From PVC group bacterium (GTDB taxonomy: Bacteria > Verrucomicrobiota > Kiritimatiellia > CAIKKV01), in NCBI GenBank assembly GCA_945898015.1, contig CAMDGM010000017.1, positions 4,410 through 68,409 on the forward strand: a stretch of 64,000 bases of DNA, in the 5' to 3' direction. The notes beneath the pieces were generated by a model. The model made no database searches. It saw nothing but the letters and a program-made list of their open reading frames with translations, and was not told the origin of the DNA. A program made the position numbers and the translations under genes. Numbering within the stretch: position 1 is the first letter of the stretch; each line of letters begins with the position of its first letter. Below, piece by piece: positions 61,154-64,000 of the stretch.

Positions 61154-64000
61154 ATGAGGTCTATGGTTGCCAAAGCATGGCTGATTGCTCTTTTGCTTGC
61201 GAATGTGGGCCTCTTCTCCTCTCGGGGGCAGGCTGCTGCCCTGTTGGACGAGGTCAAGATACCGTTATTGGCCCAAGCTGAGGTTGCTCCTGCGCCGGCG
61301 GAAGCGGCTCCAGCGGCCGTTGAAGCCCCAGCCGTCGTTGAAGCCCCGGTTCCACCAGCGGCCCCCGAGGCCGTTGAAACTCCGGCTGCGGCGGTTGTTG
61401 AAGCCCCTGTAGCGGTTGAGGCCCCGGTTGCAGCGGTCGATGCGCCTGCGGCGGCGGTCGCTCCGTCTCCGGCAGAAGTGGTTCCTGTGGCTGCCGCGCC
61501 CGTGCCGGAAGCCGCTGTTCTTGAGGCGGTTAAGATCCCCGAACTGGCACCGGTGGTGGTGCCTGTTGTAGAGCGGCAGGAACCTTCGGTGAAGGCTGTG
61601 TCTGAATCGGTTGCTCCGGTGGAAACAGCAGCACAGGTTCCCCCGGCCGAAGTGGCGGCTCCGGCTTCCCCGGTTCAAGCGGTGGCGGCCTCGACTCCTT
61701 CGGGAGAGGCGGCGGGCGTGGTGGTTGCGGATAATACGGATGCGGCCAAGATCTTGTCCCAGCAGATTGAAGTGCGGAAAAAAGAGCAGGAACTGAGAGC
61801 CAAGAAGACGCTGGCGGATGCCAATCTTGCCATGAAACGCCAGAGTTATTCGGAAGCGAATGCGCTTTTCCAGCAAGTGCTCAAGGATTTGCCGGTTCGT
61901 TCTGAAAACAAAATGGCCCGTGATCAGGCGTCCAAGGGGCTCAGTGAATCGCAGTTTTACTTGATTAATGACTTGGTCGCGCAGGATCGTTTGCAAGACG
62001 CTCTGGATATGGCCGTGGCGGCCAACAAGCGGGACCCTGAAAACCGGAAAATTGAAAAGGCACTGGCCAATGTTCAGGAAGAAATTGCCGACCAGAAGGC
62101 CGAGGAAGCGCGGGACAAGGTTGCGGTGGCCCGGCATCCCACGGATGCGCCTGAACTCAAAGCCCAGCGTGTGAATGTGGATCGACTTATTCGCGAGGGA
62201 CGCAGTTTCCTGAATGTGGGTGATTATAAAACGGCTTCAGAGCGTTTCAAATCAGCCCTTTCGGTGGATCCGGAGAACAGGACCGCCATGCGATATCTTG
62301 AGCAAACCGGTGAAAAGCGGTTTGATTCCAGCACCGTCGAGTTAAGGGCGACGGCTGAAAACATGATTGCGGACGCGCGGGATGCTTGGAATCCCCGTGA
62401 TTACAAGTATATCGCGCCTCCTGCCGCGGCAACCGTCACGAACGCTCCGCCGTCTCAGGATCTTCTGGACAAGATGAATAAGATCATGATTCCGGAAATC
62501 GAGTTCCGGCAAGCGAATATCCACGATGTGGTTGATTTCCTCGTCAAGGCCAGCATTGCGGAGGACAGCTTCACCACCGATGCGAAGGAGAAGGGCGTTA
62601 ATATCATTTTGAATTTGGGCCATACGGCTGGCGCCTCGGCCGCTCCGGCGGCATCGGCGGATCCGTTTGCCGCAACCCCGGCGGCGGGAGCGGCTCCCGC
62701 AAGCGGCGGTGTTCCCGAGATTACCTTCACAGCCCGCTACATTTCGCTTCTGCAGGCCATTAAGATCATTACCCAGGTTGCTGGCCTCAAGTACCGCGTG
62801 GAAGGTAAAATCGTCATGATCGTGCCGGCGGATGCCCCGGATAGCGACATTGAGCACAAGTGGTATTCCGTGGAACCGACCTTCTTGGACGTGATCAAGA
62901 ATATGAATCCGGCGGGTGAGGGTGGCGGCGAGGCGGCCGGTGGCGTGGGCGGCGCTGATTTGTCCACGCGTGTCAGTGGCAGTCGCGGTGATATGGAGGC
63001 GTCATTCAAGAAGATGGGCGTGGAGTTCCCCAATGGCTCCTCAATCCAATATCAGCAGGGAATCGGCAAGTTGATTGTGGCGAATACGGCCCGGAACCTG
63101 GCCTTGATCGAGCGTATTCTGCAGGAACTCAATGTGGTGCCGAAGCAGGTGGAAATTGAAGCCCGGTTTGTAGAGGTCAATCAATCGGATCTGGAAGAAC
63201 TGGGCTTTCAGTGGTTGCTGAATGACAACTGGGAAGTCCTCACGAAAAACGGCGCCTTGGCGGGCGGAGGCGAGCGGATCCAGATTGCCAAGAATAGCGA
63301 TACTGCGGGGTTCACCAGCGGGTTGAGGTTCTTCGGGCAAAAGGACGCCGATACGATCGCTCCCATCACGAGCGGATCCGTGGGGTCTATGATGAAGATC
63401 CAGAGCGTGTTGACCAATCCGGAAATATCGCTCATCCTGCATGCGCTTGAACGGAATGGCAATGCGGATGTCCTTTCTGCGCCGAAGGTCACAACACGGT
63501 CGGGTTCTGAGGCTACCATGAAAGTGGTTACCGAATACATTTATCCGACGGAGTTTGATATCCGGTCGAGCAGTGATTTGGCGGGAAATGGCGGGAACAG
63601 CGCCAGCACCACGGTCGCCACGAAAACAAAGGTGGTGGCGTTGCCTCAGAATTTCGAAACCCGGGAAGTGGGTGTCATCCTGAGCGTGGTTCCGGAAGTG
63701 AGCCCGGAGGGGAACATGATCAACCTGAATATGCGACCGGAAGTGGTTTCCGAACCCACTTGGCATGAGTATGGCGTGGTCATGACGGATTCCGATGGCG
63801 ATTATCAGGTCAGTATGCCTCAGCCGTTCTTCCAGAAGCGGTCGGTGGAAACCCAGATTTCCATCTATGACGGCGCCACGGTGATCATGGGCGGGTTGAT
63901 CACGGAAAAGATCGTGACCATCAACGACAAGATTCCGTTCCTGGGCGACATCCCGTTTATTGGCGCACTCTTCCGGAACAAGGGATCCCAGAGCGAGAAG
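61154..64000 (+). CDS. Large secretin (type II/III secretion system family), 3'-truncated by the window edge
   Basis: Not in the ORF track because no stop lies within the window. I translated it from ATG 61154 (AAGGGAG RBS), in frame to nt 64000. Features: signal peptide MRSMVAKAWLIALLLANVGLFSS, an Ala/Pro/Val/Glu repeat linker, TPR-like helices, an STN-like motif IPEIEFRQANIHDVVDFLVKAS, and secretin core motifs ADVLSAPKVTTRSGSEATM and NDKIPFLGDIPFIGALFRNKG. Confidence 0.85.
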   Translation, partial: MRSMVAKAWLIALLLANVGLFSSRGQAAALLDEVKIPLLAQAEVAPAPAEAAPAAVEAPAVVEAPVPPAAPEAVETPAAAVVEAPVAVEAPVAAVDAPAAAVAPSPAEVVPVAAAPVPEAAVLEAVKIPELAPVVVPVVERQEPSVKAVSESVAPVETAAQVPPAEVAAPASPVQAVAASTPSGEAAGVVVADNTDAAKILSQQIEVRKKEQELRAKKTLADANLAMKRQSYSEANALFQQVLKDLPVRSENKMARDQASKGLSESQFYLINDLVAQDRLQDALDMAVAANKRDPENRKIEKALANVQEEIADQKAEEARDKVAVARHPTDAPELKAQRVNVDRLIREGRSFLNVGDYKTASERFKSALSVDPENRTAMRYLEQTGEKRFDSSTVELRATAENMIADARDAWNPRDYKYIAPPAAATVTNAPPSQDLLDKMNKIMIPEIEFRQANIHDVVDFLVKASIAEDSFTTDAKEKGVNIILNLGHTAGASAAPAASADPFAATPAAGAAPASGGVPEITFTARYISLLQAIKIITQVAGLKYRVEGKIVMIVPADAPDSDIEHKWYSVEPTFLDVIKNMNPAGEGGGEAAGGVGGADLSTRVSGSRGDMEASFKKMGVEFPNGSSIQYQQGIGKLIVANTARNLALIERILQELNVVPKQVEIEARFVEVNQSDLEELGFQWLLNDNWEVLTKNGALAGGGERIQIAKNSDTAGFTSGLRFFGQKDADTIAPITSGSVGSMMKIQSVLTNPEISLILHALERNGNADVLSAPKVTTRSGSEATMKVVTEYIYPTEFDIRSSSDLAGNGGNSASTTVATKTKVVALPQNFETREVGVILSVVPEVSPEGNMINLNMRPEVVSEPTWHEYGVVMTDSDGDYQVSMPQPFFQKRSVETQISIYDGATVIMGGLITEKIVTINDKIPFLGDIPFIGALFRNKGSQSEK
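61270..61700 (+). repeat. Imperfect tandem repeats encoding an A/P/V/E-rich linker inside the secretin gene
   Basis: GTTGAAGCCCC recurs at 61319, 61337 and 61396, with variants GTTGAAACTCC (61372) and GTTGAGGCCCC (61414). The peptide reads AAVEAPAVVEAPVPP...AVVEAPVAVEAPVAAVDAP. Confidence 0.7.

Noticed and set aside
61270-61460. CRISPR-like or VNTR array suggested by the recurring GTTGAAGCCCC motif
   Set aside because: The repeats are short, imperfect, in frame and inside a continuous secretin reading frame. There are no unique spacers of regular length and no cas genes.
61265-62137. 290-aa minus-strand ORF inside the secretin gene
   Set aside because: It is an Arg/Asn/Gly/Phe-rich antisense translation of the repeat and TPR region. 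The plus-strand frame is continuous from 61154 to the window end and ends in secretin motifs.

Overview
High-GC bacterial chromosome segment, densely coding, with about 58 supportable CDS and one tRNA. All calls rest on motif recognition in the supplied translations and my own reading of the DNA. No searches were run. I saw no rRNA, CRISPR array, transposase, integrase or phage genes.

Gene content suggests the PVC superphylum (Verrucomicrobia, Kiritimatiellae or Lentisphaerae type). The pointers are an Akkermansia Amuc_1098-1102-like cluster, a sulfatase relic, GH2, a GT39-TPR protein and an exosortase.

Main blocks:
- 1-3960: a two-component protein, panC and a degenerate kinase-like protein.
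- 3979-14375: a complete type IV pilus-like locus (pilB, pilC, pilR, pilin, pilM-N-O-P, a lipoprotein, pilQ). Three sigma-54 -24/-12 promoters are readable in the DNA.
- 14444-22378: a housekeeping run containing a canonical topoisomerase VI A/B pair plus a Nudix gene.
- 26740-31036: a multi-receiver phosphorelay.
- 31160-33822: ispA-gcvH-lipB-mntP.
- 33987-38902: a minimal exosortase overlapping a 985-aa polytopic VIT-like protein with a non-canonical C-terminal sorting signal, followed by a priming sugar transferase.
- 38955-56626: glycan and amino-sugar genes, a class II photolyase, a REPIN-like 25-bp inverted repeat and tRNA-Cys.
- 56729-64000: a second, divergent PilM/N-PilO-PilP-secretin module that runs off the window.

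Many long ORFs in the track are antisense or extension artefacts of the high GC content. They are listed as rejected.
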